A DNA stretch of 64,000 bases from Faecousia sp. (GTDB lineage Bacteria; Bacillota; Clostridia; Oscillospirales; Oscillospiraceae). Below the pieces are notes generated by a model. That model was not told the DNA's origin and searched no databases. It saw only the letters and a list, made by a program, of their open reading frames with translations. This document shows positions 8,283 to 19,149 of this stretch, in pieces. A program made the translations under genes and the position numbers. The stretch lies in the NCBI GenBank assembly GCA_045635645.1, contig JAZTWB010000036.1, forward strand, positions 5,965-69,964. Reading direction: 5' to 3'. Numbering within the stretch: position 1 is the stretch's first letter; every line of letters begins with the position of its first letter.

Positions 8283-9697
8283 AGCGTTTCTTCCTTTTGT
8301 TCGTCGATTTTCCGTTCTCTCAGCATAATCCGCAGCAGCACAAGGGCCACGGGGATTACCACCACAGCGCACATACCCCACCGCAGGAGCAGGCTGTCAA
8401 TCAGCCACAGATTCCAAGCCGCCAGTCCTGCCAGCGCCACGCACACCAAGCCAATCCATTTTAGCGGCAGCACAAAGAATTTCACCAGCTTGTAGGAGAT
8501 AATGATATGCAGCAACAGATAACACACATAAGCAAACAGCGTGGTGTAGCCAACGGAGAGGAAGCCATAGCGGCGGATAAACACATAGTTCAGTGCAATA
8601 TTGATAATGGCGGCGACCATTGTGCCAACCATAATAAAGGTGGTCTTCTTGGAGTAGTATTCAGAGGGCACGATGATGTTATACAAAAACAGGATAAAGG
8701 CGTCCAGCACCATGGGAATGGCTACGTATTTTGCCAGGTCATACTCCTGTCCGCCCAAAATCAGCACCAATTCCGGGGAAAGTGCCATAAGACCCACGGT
8801 GAGGATAAAGAACAGGCCCATCAGCTGCACAGATCGCTTTTGAATGGCAGGCCGGTCGCCCTCGTCCATACGGGCGTAGAACCAGGTGGTCCAGGCGGTG
8901 GCGATAGAGTCGGTGATGATGGCCAGCACCAGCTTGATGTTGCCTGCCAGAGAGTAGATGCCCGCAGGACGGTCACCTTCCATATTGCGGATCATAATTC
9001 GTCCGAACTGGGATAGCAGCACCTGAGAAATGCCGTGGGGAATGATGGGCAGACTGTAGGTAATGCCGAACTTCCAATACGCCCGGTCTACCCGGGGCTT
9101 TGCCCGCCGGTACATAGCCAGCAGAAGAATCAGAGCAATCACAAACAGGGGCACCATCGCGCCCACCATACGGCCCAAGGCTCTCTGGTTGCGGAAGCAG
9201 GTGAGAATCAGCACCAGAGAGACGCCGATGTTGAAAACAGAGCTGCAGCCGGAGACCAACAGGTATTTTTTATAGGCGTAATCCAGGCTGACGCGGGTGT
9301 TGTAAAGGGAAATCAGCGCGCTGGAGAAGCTGCCCAGTACCAGCAGGACCACCGCAATAGGCGGAATGGCCAGCAAATTGGCAAGGGAACGGTAGAACAG
9401 GGCTGTGATTCCCAGAAAAAGCACCGTATTTCCGATATAAAGCAGGGATATTGAGGAAACGTACCGGTCAATCTGTCCCCGGAACTCTAAATTCGCGCTG
9501 CGGATACTGGTGTGCAGCGCCAGTCCTAAAATTACCAGCAAAATGGTGTCGTAGGAGACAAAGGTGTTGTAAACACCGAACTCCTCGGGGGATAAAATCC
9601 GGCTAAAGAGGGGCAGGGTCAGAAAATTGATACCCTTAATCAGAATGTTGCCGATGGTATAACCGATGCCGGAACGCAAAGCTTTACTCTCTGACAT
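8279..9697 (-). CDS. wzx: Oligosaccharide flippase (Wzx)
   Basis: LPLFSRILSPEEFG, YSLPIIPHG, AGIYSLA; 12-14 TMs. Confidence 0.85.
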   Translation of the reverse strand: MSESKALRSGIGYTIGNILIKGINFLTLPLFSRILSPEEFGVYNTFVSYDTILLVILGLALHTSIRSANLEFRGQIDRYVSSISLLYIGNTVLFLGITALFYRSLANLLAIPPIAVVLLVLGSFSSALISLYNTRVSLDYAYKKYLLVSGCSSVFNIGVSLVLILTCFRNQRALGRMVGAMVPLFVIALILLLAMYRRAKPRVDRAYWKFGITYSLPIIPHGISQVLLSQFGRIMIRNMEGDRPAGIYSLAGNIKLVLAIITDSIATAWTTWFYARMDEGDRPAIQKRSVQLMGLFFILTVGLMALSPELVLILGGQEYDLAKYVAIPMVLDAFILFLYNIIVPSEYYSKKTTFIMVGTMVAAIINIALNYVFIRRYGFLSVGYTTLFAYVCYLLLHIIISYKLVKFFVLPLKWIGLVCVALAGLAAWNLWLIDSLLLRWGMCAVVVIPVALVLLRIMLRERKIDEQKEETL

Positions 9698-9706
9698 ATT
9701 CGCTCC

Positions 9707-10315
9707 TTAGAAATGGAAGGTCTCACCCAGACCCAGCCATTTTTGGTCCTTTTCGCTTAAGTTAAGGGGTGTGCCGTCAGCGAGGGCATAGCCCTCTGCA
9801 CAGGCGCTGCCGCTATACTGTCCCACAAGCTCCGGCCAGGTAATGCCGATGGCAGGGTCGTTCCAGGCAAGACCGTCCTCGTCGTTTGCGTGGTAGAAAT
9901 CGTCGCATTTGTAGCAGAATTCTGCCGTTTCCGACAGCACCAGAAAGCCGTGGGCAAAGCCCTTGGGAATCAAAAACTGCTTTTTGTTCTCCTCGGTCAG
10001 CTCCACGCCGTACCACTTGCCGTAGGTAGCAGAGCCGGCGCGCAGGTCCACAGCCACGTCGAACACCCGACCCTTGATGGCCCGGACCAGCTTGGTCTGG
10101 GGAAACTGCTTCTGGAAGTGCAGACCCCGCAGCACGCCCTTAACGGACATACTCTGGTTGTCCTGCACAAAGGGGATATCCAAACCGGCTTCCGCCATAT
10201 CTCTCTGGCTGTAGGTTTCCATAAAATAACCCCGATTATCCCCGTGAACGGCGGGGGTGATGACACACAGGCCCTCAATGCCGCCGACATTTTTTTCTAC
10301 TGTAATCTGTCCCAT
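9707..10315 (-). CDS. rfbC: dTDP-4-dehydrorhamnose 3,5-epimerase
   Basis: DNRGYF, QDNQS..GVLRGLHFQ, IPKGFAHGF. Confidence 0.95.
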   Translation of the reverse strand: MGQITVEKNVGGIEGLCVITPAVHGDNRGYFMETYSQRDMAEAGLDIPFVQDNQSMSVKGVLRGLHFQKQFPQTKLVRAIKGRVFDVAVDLRAGSATYGKWYGVELTEENKKQFLIPKGFAHGFLVLSETAEFCYKCDDFYHANDEDGLAWNDPAIGITWPELVGQYSGSACAEGYALADGTPLNLSEKDQKWLGLGETFHF

Positions 10316-10336
10316 AGGATACTCCCTTAATTTGTG

Positions 10337-11626
10337 TTATTTTTGCAACAGCGCCACCAATATGCCGGCTGCACCGGCATAGTATGCCACCTCAGCCCGA
10401 TTGTTTTTCAGGTCTTGCAGAAGCACAATACAGCCGGCAAGCAGCGCAAACATCAGATAGGTGAAGGTGCGCTGACCGGATTCGTACAGCGTGGCGGAAA
10501 AGCCCATCATCAAACGGGAGCCGCCGCCCAAAACAAGCAGACTCAGCAGAAGATACCGGTTGCTTGGGCTGCAGGTTTTGCATATAACCGCTACGGCGCA
10601 GCACAGGCTTAGGCAGGAAAATGCCAAGCCGAGAAAGCCGCCGGGGGTGGAAAGTGCCTTCATTTCCGCCAGGGGATAAAGGTAATGGACAAAGCGCTCC
10701 TTGCCCAGCGTGTTGGCAGCCAAAAAGCCCGCAAGGGGCAGGATAGAAACAACGCGGCACCACAGATTTCCTTTTACTTGCGCTGTGACAAACAGCAAAA
10801 AGAAGAAGAGAATGCAGACGGTGGTGTCGTCGAAGAATATATGGGCAACGGTGGCGGTAAAGCCGCGATAGAGCTTTTTGCCAATGCTCCAGTTTGCGAA
10901 TTCCGGGAGATACCACTGCATTTCCGAAGGGTCATTCATACGGTTCAAGTGACCCGGGAGCAGGAACATAACAACGTACCCGGCCAGCGCCACAAGGAAA
11001 TAGGCGGCAACCCATAAAATAACCTGCTTGCTTTTCTTCGACAGGAAAATCACATACAATAGCAGCAATAACAGCCCGCCCACCAGAATGCAGGCGGCCT
11101 GATCCTGATTGAGGATATAAGCGCATACCGGCAGTAACAGAAAATGCCGGTAAAGGGGGATTTTCTGCCCCTGACAGAGCGCCTTTAATTGGCAGGCGAC
11201 CAGCAGCAGACCCGTCAGCGGATACAGATAGTTGGCGCAGGTGGAAATATAGCCGGCTGTTCCCAGATACCACAGAGGAAAAATCGCCAAAAGACCGCAG
11301 GTCAGCAGCGCCGCCCGGGGGGATTTGTCGGTAAACAGGTGATTCAGCAGCGCGGCAACCAGCACGAATACGCCGGTGTTAAAGACCCGCCACAGTGTAA
11401 AGGGCAGGCAACAGAATAAAAATGCCAGATAATCCGTGAAGATTTTGCCGTTGTAAGCGTACAGCACCAGAAAATGCTCCCAAAAGCCACGGATTCCCAC
11501 AGCGGTTTCCAGGAGGTCTGCGTCATCTCCGCGAATGCCGACGAGCATATGGCACAGCAGCATATACACCCCAAAGCAGAGGTATATAGCCGCGGAATAC
11601 AGGCGTTCTGTCTTTTTGCCGATCAT
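10337..11626 (-). CDS. Polytopic membrane protein, probable GT-C glycan-modifying enzyme (DUF6056/GtrII-like)
   Basis: N-terminal TM followed by GDD, ANYLYP, PGHLNR, GFSATLYESGQRT; located within the rml cluster. Confidence 0.55.
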   Translation of the reverse strand: MIGKKTERLYSAAIYLCFGVYMLLCHMLVGIRGDDADLLETAVGIRGFWEHFLVLYAYNGKIFTDYLAFLFCCLPFTLWRVFNTGVFVLVAALLNHLFTDKSPRAALLTCGLLAIFPLWYLGTAGYISTCANYLYPLTGLLLVACQLKALCQGQKIPLYRHFLLLPVCAYILNQDQAACILVGGLLLLLLYVIFLSKKSKQVILWVAAYFLVALAGYVVMFLLPGHLNRMNDPSEMQWYLPEFANWSIGKKLYRGFTATVAHIFFDDTTVCILFFFLLFVTAQVKGNLWCRVVSILPLAGFLAANTLGKERFVHYLYPLAEMKALSTPGGFLGLAFSCLSLCCAVAVICKTCSPSNRYLLLSLLVLGGGSRLMMGFSATLYESGQRTFTYLMFALLAGCIVLLQDLKNNRAEVAYYAGAAGILVALLQK

Positions 11627-12537
11627 TGGGCAAGCTCCTTCAAATAACGCGCTAAGGCGTCCTGCCAGGTGGGCAGGGGCGTAAAGCCGTTTTCCGCCAG
11701 CTTGGACTTATCCAACCGGCTGTTAAAGGGACGGGCAGCCTTGGAAAGACCGTACTCGGCGGTGGTCACAGGCATCACTTTCGTGGTGTAGCCTGCCTGC
11801 CGGAAGATTTCGCAGGTGAAATCGTACCAGCTGATATAGCCGCCCTCGTTGGTGGCGTGGTAGTAGCCGTATTTTTCGGACTCTGCCATATCCACCAGCA
11901 GCCGGGACAGGTCATAGGTGTAGGTGGGCGTACCGATCTGGTCGCAGACCACCCGCACGGTATCGTGGTTTTTGCCCACGGAGAGCATTGTCTTGATAAA
12001 ATTCTTGCCGTTAAGACCGAACACCCAGGCAATCCGCACGATAAAGTACTTGTTTAGGGTGTTTGCCACTGCCAGCTCGCCCTCCAACTTGGTCTGACCG
12101 TACACGTTCAGAGGCTTGTAGTCCTTGCAGTCCGGTTGCCAGGGGGTATCGCCCTGTCCGTCGAAGACGTAGTCGGTGGAAATATAAATCATTTTGCAGT
12201 CCAAAGCCTTGCAGACGTTTGCGATGTTCTGGGTGCCGCCGGCGTTGATTGCCCGCACCAGAGCCACCTTGTCATCGTCCTCTGCCATATCCACGGCAGT
12301 CCACGCGGCGCAGTGTACCACCACGTCGGGGGCAATTTCTGTCAGTGTGGCGGAAACGGCAGCGGCGTCGGTGATGTCCAGACTGACATACCGGCACTTG
12401 GTGACGGCAGAGCCGTCCTGCACGCCGGCATATTCCGGTGCGATGTCGCTGCCAACGGCACTGTAGCCCCGGCTGCAAAGCTCATTTACCACATCGTGAC
12501 CCAACTGACCGGCCACGCCGGTGACAAATACTTTCAT
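11623..12537 (-). CDS. rfbD: dTDP-4-dehydrorhamnose reductase
   Basis: TGVAGQLG, HCAAWTAVD, ISTDYVFDG, YGQTK, DQIGTPT. Confidence 0.95.
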   Translation of the reverse strand: MKVFVTGVAGQLGHDVVNELCSRGYSAVGSDIAPEYAGVQDGSAVTKCRYVSLDITDAAAVSATLTEIAPDVVVHCAAWTAVDMAEDDDKVALVRAINAGGTQNIANVCKALDCKMIYISTDYVFDGQGDTPWQPDCKDYKPLNVYGQTKLEGELAVANTLNKYFIVRIAWVFGLNGKNFIKTMLSVGKNHDTVRVVCDQIGTPTYTYDLSRLLVDMAESEKYGYYHATNEGGYISWYDFTCEIFRQAGYTTKVMPVTTAEYGLSKAARPFNSRLDKSKLAENGFTPLPTWQDALARYLKELAQ

Positions 12538-12549
12538 ATAATACGCTCC

Positions 12550-13569
12550 TTACCGGTTGCCGTACATTTTTTCGTAGTAGTTCTGGTACTCGCCGGAGAT
12601 GATGGTCTGCCACCACTCCTTGTTGTCCAGATACCAGGCGATGGTCTTCTGAATGCCGTCGGCAAACTTGGTCTCCGGCAGCCAGCCCAGCTCGGAATGA
12701 ATCTTGGTGGGGTCGATGGCGTAACGCATATCGTGACCCTTCCGGTCGGTTACGTAGGTAATCAGGCTCTCGGGCTTGCCCAGCGCCTTGCAGATAATCT
12801 TCACAATGTCGATGTTCTTCATCTCGTTGTGACCGCCGATGTTGTACACCTCGCCCACACGACCCTTGTGAATAATCAGGTCGATGGCCTTGCAGTGGTC
12901 CTCCACGTACAGCCAGTCACGGACGTTCAGACCCTCGCCGTAAACAGGCAGAGGCTTGTCGGCCAGGGCATTTGCAATCATCAGCGGAATCAGCTTCTCG
13001 GGGAAGTGATAAGGGCCGTAGTTGTTGGAGCAGCGGGAAATGGTCACCGGCAGACCGTAGGTGCGGTGATAGGCCATAACCAGCAGGTCCGCGCCCGCCT
13101 TGGAGGAGGAGTAGGGAGAGGAGGTGTGAATGGGGGTCTCCTCGGTGAAGAACAGGTCGGGACGGTCTAAGGGCAGGTCGCCGTAGACCTCGTCGGTGGA
13201 GACCTGGTGGTAGCGGGTGATGCCGTACTTCCGGCAGGCGTCCATCAGCACCTGTGTGCCTAAAATATTGGTCTGCAGGAAGGTTTCGGGATTCTCAATG
13301 GAGCGGTCCACGTGGGTCTCGGCGGGGAAGTTCACCACCATATCGGGGTATTCTTCCTCGAACAGCTTGTAAACGCCCGCCCGGTCGCAGATGTCCAGCT
13401 TCACAAAGCGGAAATTGGGGTTATCCATCACGGGCGCTAAGGTGGACAGGTTGCCGGCATAGGTCAGCTTATCCAGACACACAATGCGGTAATCCGGGTA
13501 CTTGCCCAGCATATGGAATACGAAATTCGAGCCGATAAAGCCGGCGCCGCCGGTTACGATAATGGTCAT
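12550..13569 (-). CDS. rfbB: dTDP-glucose 4,6-dehydratase
   Basis: TGGAGFIGSNF, DKLTYAGN, VSTDEVYG, YSSSK, CSNNYGP. Confidence 0.95.
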   Translation of the reverse strand: MTIIVTGGAGFIGSNFVFHMLGKYPDYRIVCLDKLTYAGNLSTLAPVMDNPNFRFVKLDICDRAGVYKLFEEEYPDMVVNFPAETHVDRSIENPETFLQTNILGTQVLMDACRKYGITRYHQVSTDEVYGDLPLDRPDLFFTEETPIHTSSPYSSSKAGADLLVMAYHRTYGLPVTISRCSNNYGPYHFPEKLIPLMIANALADKPLPVYGEGLNVRDWLYVEDHCKAIDLIIHKGRVGEVYNIGGHNEMKNIDIVKIICKALGKPESLITYVTDRKGHDMRYAIDPTKIHSELGWLPETKFADGIQKTIAWYLDNKEWWQTIISGEYQNYYEKMYGNR

Positions 13570-13582
13570 AGCAGTTCTCTCC

Positions 13583-14479
13583 TTAATGTTTATGAATCAA
13601 ACGGAGCTTATCTTCTGCCACACGGCGCAGGTGTTCTCCGTAGGGGGATTTGCCGTAGGCGTCAGCGGCGGAAAGCAGCTGCTCTTTGTTAATCCAGCCC
13701 TTGACATAGGCGATTTCTTCCGGTGCGGAAATCTGGACATTCTGCCGGCTCTGGTTCATTTCCACGAACTCAGCAGCCTCCAGCAGGCTCTTGAATGTGC
13801 CGGTGTCCAGCCAGGCAAAGCCGCGACCCAGCAGCTCCACGCTAAGACTGCCGTCCTGCAGGTACATATCGTTTAAGGTAGTGATTTCCAGCTCGCCGCG
13901 GGCAGAGGGCTTCACCTGCTCCGCTCTGGCGGCGACGCCCTTGGGGTAGAAGTACAGACCGGTAACGGCATAGTTGGACTTGGGGCACTTGGGCTTTTCC
14001 TCAATGGAGATTGCCTTGCCGGTGTCGTCAAACTCCACCACGCCGAAGCGCTCCGGGTCGTGGACGTGGTAGCCGAACACGGTGGCCCGGCCGTTTTCCG
14101 CGTTCTCGCAGGCACGGGCAAGAATGGCGCTGAAGCCGTTGCCGTAGAAGATGTTGTCACCCAGCACCATCGCGCAGGTGTCGTCGCCCACAAATTCCTT
14201 GCCGATGATAAAGGCCTGCGCCAGACCGTCGGGAGAGGGCTGCACCGCGTAGCTCAAATTCACGCCGTAGCGGCTGCCGTCACCCAGCAGCTCCTGAAAA
14301 CGGGGGGTGTCGCTGGGGGTGGAGATAATGAGAATATCCCGAATGCCCGCCAGCATCAGGGTAGACATAGGGTAGTAAATCATCGGCTTGTCATAGACAG
14401 GCAGCAATTGCTTAGAGGTAACCAGAGTCAAGGGATAAAGACGGGTGCCGGAGCCGCCGGCTAAGATAATACCTTTCAT
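13583..14479 (-). CDS. rfbA: Glucose-1-phosphate thymidylyltransferase
   Basis: [43 protein letters not shown]. Confidence 0.96.
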   Translation of the reverse strand: MKGIILAGGSGTRLYPLTLVTSKQLLPVYDKPMIYYPMSTLMLAGIRDILIISTPSDTPRFQELLGDGSRYGVNLSYAVQPSPDGLAQAFIIGKEFVGDDTCAMVLGDNIFYGNGFSAILARACENAENGRATVFGYHVHDPERFGVVEFDDTGKAISIEEKPKCPKSNYAVTGLYFYPKGVAARAEQVKPSARGELEITTLNDMYLQDGSLSVELLGRGFAWLDTGTFKSLLEAAEFVEMNQSRQNVQISAPEEIAYVKGWINKEQLLSAADAYGKSPYGEHLRRVAEDKLRLIHKH

Positions 14480-14494
14480 TACATTGCACTCCTT

Positions 14495-15925
14495 TTAGCT
14501 ATCCTTGGTTTTTACAATTGTTACGCAAGATGCAAGGAACATAATAAGCACAAGTCCCCAGAACATCCACGTCTGGAACAAACTCATCCACACGGAGAAG
14601 AAGCACATTGCGACAGGTGTCATAGTAACACCCAATGCCAGCAACGCGAAAACACCTTTGCTCTTTTCATACCAACTCTGGATTATGCCAAAGCCAAACG
14701 CCCAAAGGGGCATAAGCACCAAAATTCCCCAGAAACCGAAGTCATAGTATGCATCGCCTACGATGTTTATCGTGTTCAAATGGGGTCTGACTTTATAATA
14801 GGGGTGTGAATCAATTACTTCGTCCACCCAGTCCATTCTGAGGATGACATTGAACGGCACAAGCTGTCTGGCGCCGTAGGTGAAGTCGTTTACATTTTTC
14901 ACTGCCAGATTAAAGTTGTCGTGGGAGACCGTCAGGTAGCTGTAAACGAAGGCGGCAGAGCCGGACAGCTGAAACTCCACGGGCTTTTCGGTGGGAGAAT
15001 CCGTTGCATCTGTGGAACCGGGTTCATCGCTGGGTTCGGTTGCCACGATTTTAGACGGTTCAAAGTAGCCGAGCAGATCGTCCTCGGAATATCCGCGAGC
15101 TTCGGTTCCCACGGCGTAGAACACCAGCGTGACGGCGGTACAAAGCGCCAGAACCCAAAGCTTTTTTCTGTGCAGATAGAAAATCGCGGTTAAAAGAGAG
15201 ACTGCCGAGGTCAGGAACATACCGCGGGATACCACCAGCATAGGGAACAAAAACGTGGAGTAAAGAATGCTGAGAATCAGAAAAATCTTTTTCCACACAG
15301 GAAGCTTCTGGGTAAACAGGGTATAGTAGCACAGACCGGAGATCATAGTCGCGGCAGTAGAAAAGATATGAAATCTCGTATAAAAGTTAAGATATGCGTC
15401 TGTATTGGTAGAGAAATAAGGAATATATCCCCGGATTGCCACATTGGCGGCAAAGCAACCCATACCCACCAGCGTTACAACAAAACAAACCCAAAACAGC
15501 CGCGCAGGCCGCAGAGCAAATTTGATTTTTCCAAACGTCCGGTCTTTTTGTCCGGAAACGCGCTCCTGCAAAATGCCGCCCCAGCCCAGCCCGTAGCTGG
15601 AAGCAAGAATGAACAGGGCGTAGGCCACAGCCAGGTACAGCCAGGTTTTGTATTCCCAAACTGTCTGATAGTCGGTAAGCCGGAAGGAGGCAAGACCGAT
15701 TGTTACCAGCCAGGTGGCGGAAAAAACCGCCCGCAGATCCCACCAGTTTTTCCGGGCAATAAAGGAAAACCAGAAGTAAAGGGTTACGGCGCAAACAATC
15801 AGTATCAGTCCCGGCAGAAATCGGCTGGAGGGAGAAAGCGCGCCGCACAGTACCAGCGCTCCTGTTCCCAACAACAGACCGGGCAGGCTTTTTTTTGTTT
15901 GAACAAGACGTAGCCGTTCCATCAT
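14495..15925 (-). CDS. wzy: O-antigen/oligosaccharide repeat polymerase (Wzy-like)
   Basis: About 11 TMs, VSRG, large late extracytoplasmic loop, YYDFGFWG. Confidence 0.7.
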   Translation of the reverse strand: MMERLRLVQTKKSLPGLLLGTGALVLCGALSPSSRFLPGLILIVCAVTLYFWFSFIARKNWWDLRAVFSATWLVTIGLASFRLTDYQTVWEYKTWLYLAVAYALFILASSYGLGWGGILQERVSGQKDRTFGKIKFALRPARLFWVCFVVTLVGMGCFAANVAIRGYIPYFSTNTDAYLNFYTRFHIFSTAATMISGLCYYTLFTQKLPVWKKIFLILSILYSTFLFPMLVVSRGMFLTSAVSLLTAIFYLHRKKLWVLALCTAVTLVFYAVGTEARGYSEDDLLGYFEPSKIVATEPSDEPGSTDATDSPTEKPVEFQLSGSAAFVYSYLTVSHDNFNLAVKNVNDFTYGARQLVPFNVILRMDWVDEVIDSHPYYKVRPHLNTINIVGDAYYDFGFWGILVLMPLWAFGFGIIQSWYEKSKGVFALLALGVTMTPVAMCFFSVWMSLFQTWMFWGLVLIMFLASCVTIVKTKDS

Positions 15926-15968
15926 AAAAGTTTAATCTCCTTATTTTGAAAAATGAGAGGGTGTGTTA

Positions 15969-16919
15969 TCACAGCTCGGATCGGTCACCAAACAGAATCA
16001 GCCAGATATCACAAAGCAGCGACACCGGACGCAACAGACCGCTGCGGTCGGGGAAATATACCTTCAGCAGACTGCGCAGATTGCGCTGCCGCAGAGCGCG
16101 TTCTCTGGCCTGCGCTTTTTCCAGACGGTAGTCCAGCATACAAAGAGTATCCTGCGAGAGGGGCAGCGCCGCGTCCATCAGCTGCTCTAAATACCGGTTA
16201 TAGGCATTCATATCCCGCAGCTTGGTCTTTAAGTTCAGCATTTTGAAAATGCGGTGCTCTTCGTTGGCGGTGTTGTTATCGTGGCGGCGGTGGAAAGCGC
16301 CCACATAGTCGTAGGTGTAGAAGCTGCCGGAATCCGAAGCACACAGCGCCAGAGCAAAATCGTGGGGCGCTCTGGCAGGGTAGAGCTTTTCTTGCCACTG
16401 CATAAGAAACTCTCTGCGCACGCACATGAGCATACCGGTCCAGCTGAGCGTCCGCAAAACCTGCGCCGGTGTGACAGCAGTGATTGCGCCGGTTTCGCTG
16501 CTTTCTTCAATCAGCATACCGTGGAGCGCCTCGCCTTTTGCGTCGATAACGCCGCCCTTGCACAGCAGCAGGGAAATATCCTGACGCTGGGCCATCACTG
16601 CATTCATTTTCTCCAGTTTGTCCGCTTTCCATAAATCGTCCTGGTCGCACATATAAATCAGGTCCGTATTGCAAAGGGACATCGCCTTGTAGAAATTCTT
16701 GGCGTAGCCTAAGTTTTCCTCGTTGATATGCAGCTGCCAGCGACCGTACAGGTCGTGCTTTTCAATGTAGCGGCGGACGATGGAGACGGTGTTGTCCTTG
16801 GAGCCGTCGTCGCACAGCACCACCTGATCCGCCGGACAGGTCTGCAGCCGCAGGCTGTCCAGCTGCGCTTCTACGAAACGGGCGCCGTTATAAAGGGCAA
16901 TGGCAATTCCTACGGTCAT
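15969..16919 (-). CDS. GT2 glycosyltransferase (rhamnosyltransferase-like)
   Basis: YNGARF..QLDS, DDGSKD, CDQDDLW, HD, RRHDNN. Confidence 0.88.
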   Translation of the reverse strand: MTVGIAIALYNGARFVEAQLDSLRLQTCPADQVVLCDDGSKDNTVSIVRRYIEKHDLYGRWQLHINEENLGYAKNFYKAMSLCNTDLIYMCDQDDLWKADKLEKMNAVMAQRQDISLLLCKGGVIDAKGEALHGMLIEESSETGAITAVTPAQVLRTLSWTGMLMCVRREFLMQWQEKLYPARAPHDFALALCASDSGSFYTYDYVGAFHRRHDNNTANEEHRIFKMLNLKTKLRDMNAYNRYLEQLMDAALPLSQDTLCMLDYRLEKAQARERALRQRNLRSLLKVYFPDRSGLLRPVSLLCDIWLILFGDRSEL

Positions 16920-16920
16920 A

Positions 16921-17979
16921 TCAGCGTCCCTCCTTGGCACTTTTCAGCAGTTCCTCAATGACCAGCGCCCAGCTGCTAACGGTTTCTTCTGTTTTTTGGA
17001 AGGTCTCCTTGCGGACAATTTCTCCCGAAATCACCTTTTCCATCAAATCGGCAAGCTCTGCGGGGTCAAAGGGGTTAAAATAATAGGCATTTTCATAATC
17101 GCCCAGCACCTCGTGGGCGAAGGGCAGGTCCGCGGCAAGGACGATGGCGCCCATCTGGGCAGCCTCCACCAGCGGATAGCCGAAGGACTCGATGTAAGAC
17201 GGGAACACCAGCGCACCCTCGCAGAACTGGTGCAGCACCTCTTGCCTGGGAATCTGACCCAGATACACCATACCCTTCTGGGGCGCTTTGGGAGGAACGG
17301 TCACCCGCACCTCGAAATCAACACCCTTGCTTGTCAGCATTTCTGCGGCGGCGCGGATACAGTCGATGTTCTTGTAGGGCATATCGGAGGTGGGAAAGAA
17401 AAACAGATCATTTCTGCGCACTTTCTCCACCCGGAAGCGGCCCAAATCCTCCACATTGGGGGCGATTTTTGCAATTTTGTCGGTGGAAACACCGCTCTTT
17501 TTGGCAACGGCCTGCCGCATCCACTCGGTCTGGACAATGAGCTTGTCCGCCTTTTTCACCGCGGCGCGAATCACACCGCCGATCAGGTGCTGATACATTG
17601 CCAGCTTCCGCTCGTCGGCTTTCAGGAAGGAGTAGTTCTTCACATCCTGGAAGGGCAGCAGGTTATGCTGATAAGCCACCTGGGGGGCGCAAACGCCGTA
17701 GGTGATGGTGTTTTGCAGGGAAAACACCACGTCCGGCTGCAGGTCGTTGATAAATTTTCTTCCCGTAAGAAAATCAAACTGCAGACGCTTTAAATAGCTT
17801 TGCTTGATTTGGGGCAACTTGATTACGTGGATACAGTCGGTGGGCGCAATGTAGTCATCGCTCACCAAAAAATACCACTCGTTTTGGGTGTCGTTGTCCC
17901 GAATGTACTCATAAAAATCCTTTAAAACGGTCAGGACGCCCAAGCTGCTGGCGGCAATATCGTTAACAACAATTCTCAT
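16921..17979 (-). CDS. GT4-like glycosyltransferase
   Basis: YKN motif, FPSYIESFGYPLVEA. Confidence 0.85.
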   Translation of the reverse strand: MRIVVNDIAASSLGVLTVLKDFYEYIRDNDTQNEWYFLVSDDYIAPTDCIHVIKLPQIKQSYLKRLQFDFLTGRKFINDLQPDVVFSLQNTITYGVCAPQVAYQHNLLPFQDVKNYSFLKADERKLAMYQHLIGGVIRAAVKKADKLIVQTEWMRQAVAKKSGVSTDKIAKIAPNVEDLGRFRVEKVRRNDLFFFPTSDMPYKNIDCIRAAAEMLTSKGVDFEVRVTVPPKAPQKGMVYLGQIPRQEVLHQFCEGALVFPSYIESFGYPLVEAAQMGAIVLAADLPFAHEVLGDYENAYYFNPFDPAELADLMEKVISGEIVRKETFQKTEETVSSWALVIEELLKSAKEGR

Positions 17980-17994
17980 TGGTATACTCCTGCT

Positions 17995-19134
17995 TTATTT
18001 TTCTGCAAGACCCTTCTGTTCCAGCGCAGCGGTAAGGTTTTCGGAAAACACGTCAAAGGCAAACAGCTTACAGAACACGTCCAGTGTGTTTTTGCCCATA
18101 GCCGCGCTGTCGCAGGCGAGGATTTCCTTGGCGGTTTGCGCCAAATCTTCCCGCTTGACATTCACGCCGATGCCGGCTTTCTCCACCAGTCGCTCCGTGT
18201 CGCCGCCGATGGTGTTGATAATGGGCAGTCCGCCGGCAAAGTAGTCAACAGACTTCATCGTCAGACCGATGCACACGGAATCCTTCATAATGTTAAGACC
18301 AAAGCTGCACCGGTCGAAAATTGCCTGTTTTTCGGCACTGTCGTAGATTTTTCCGTGGAAAATCACCTCTGCGCCCGTTTTCTGCACCGCAGATACAAAG
18401 TTCTCTCTGGACTCGCCGTCGCCGATGATGTGCAGCGCCGTGGGGCGCAGGGCGTTCAGCTGCCCGATGAGGGCGGAGATGGTGGGAATGTCGATAATGT
18501 TGTTGATTGCGCCCAAATAGCACAGCTGCAGCTTTTCGCTTACAGGCGCGGTACATTCCTGGGCGGTGGCTTCCGGGCGGCACAGGTGCAGCGTCCTGCT
18601 GTCAGTACCTGCAAGGAAGCGCTCCAGCTTTTCCTTGAACAGGTCGCACTCGGTCAGCACCAAATCTGCTGCGGGCAGACCTTTGTTCCGGAACCGCGCC
18701 CATACGCCGAAGGGCAGCTTGAGAAGCTGCTTGGCGCGGCTGTTGGGGAAGCTTTCCGGCCACAGGTCGAAAATGTCAAAAATCACCGCTGTTTGCGGAT
18801 TTTTCCGCTTATAGCGGGCGGCCTCCCGACACAGACTGTTGGGAGGCACTTCCACATACAGCAGATCCGGGCGGAGCTGCTGTACGGTCTTCATAGCATC
18901 TTTGGCAAAGCGGATATGGGATAAAATCCGCTGAGGGGAGATGTTTTTGGTATAGCGTTTCGTGGGAATCTGGATGCAGTGGGGCATATCCACCTTATGG
19001 CGCTTTTTAGAGGTGTGGTGAAAGTCCGAAGTGATGTAGGTGCAGTCATACCCGGCAGTCTGCAATACCGATTCAATATAACGGGTGCGCTCTGCGTAGT
19101 GATGGGTGCAGCTGATACAAACGGCTTTTTTCAT
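17995..19134 (-). CDS. Glycosyltransferase (GT-B fold)
   Basis: ITSDFHH, PPNSL, DIFDLWPE, YLGAI, KSVDYFAGGLPIIN. Confidence 0.8.
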   Translation of the reverse strand: MKKAVCISCTHHYAERTRYIESVLQTAGYDCTYITSDFHHTSKKRHKVDMPHCIQIPTKRYTKNISPQRILSHIRFAKDAMKTVQQLRPDLLYVEVPPNSLCREAARYKRKNPQTAVIFDIFDLWPESFPNSRAKQLLKLPFGVWARFRNKGLPAADLVLTECDLFKEKLERFLAGTDSRTLHLCRPEATAQECTAPVSEKLQLCYLGAINNIIDIPTISALIGQLNALRPTALHIIGDGESRENFVSAVQKTGAEVIFHGKIYDSAEKQAIFDRCSFGLNIMKDSVCIGLTMKSVDYFAGGLPIINTIGGDTERLVEKAGIGVNVKREDLAQTAKEILACDSAAMGKNTLDVFCKLFAFDVFSENLTAALEQKGLAEK

Positions 19135-19149
19135 AAATACACCTCTGTG

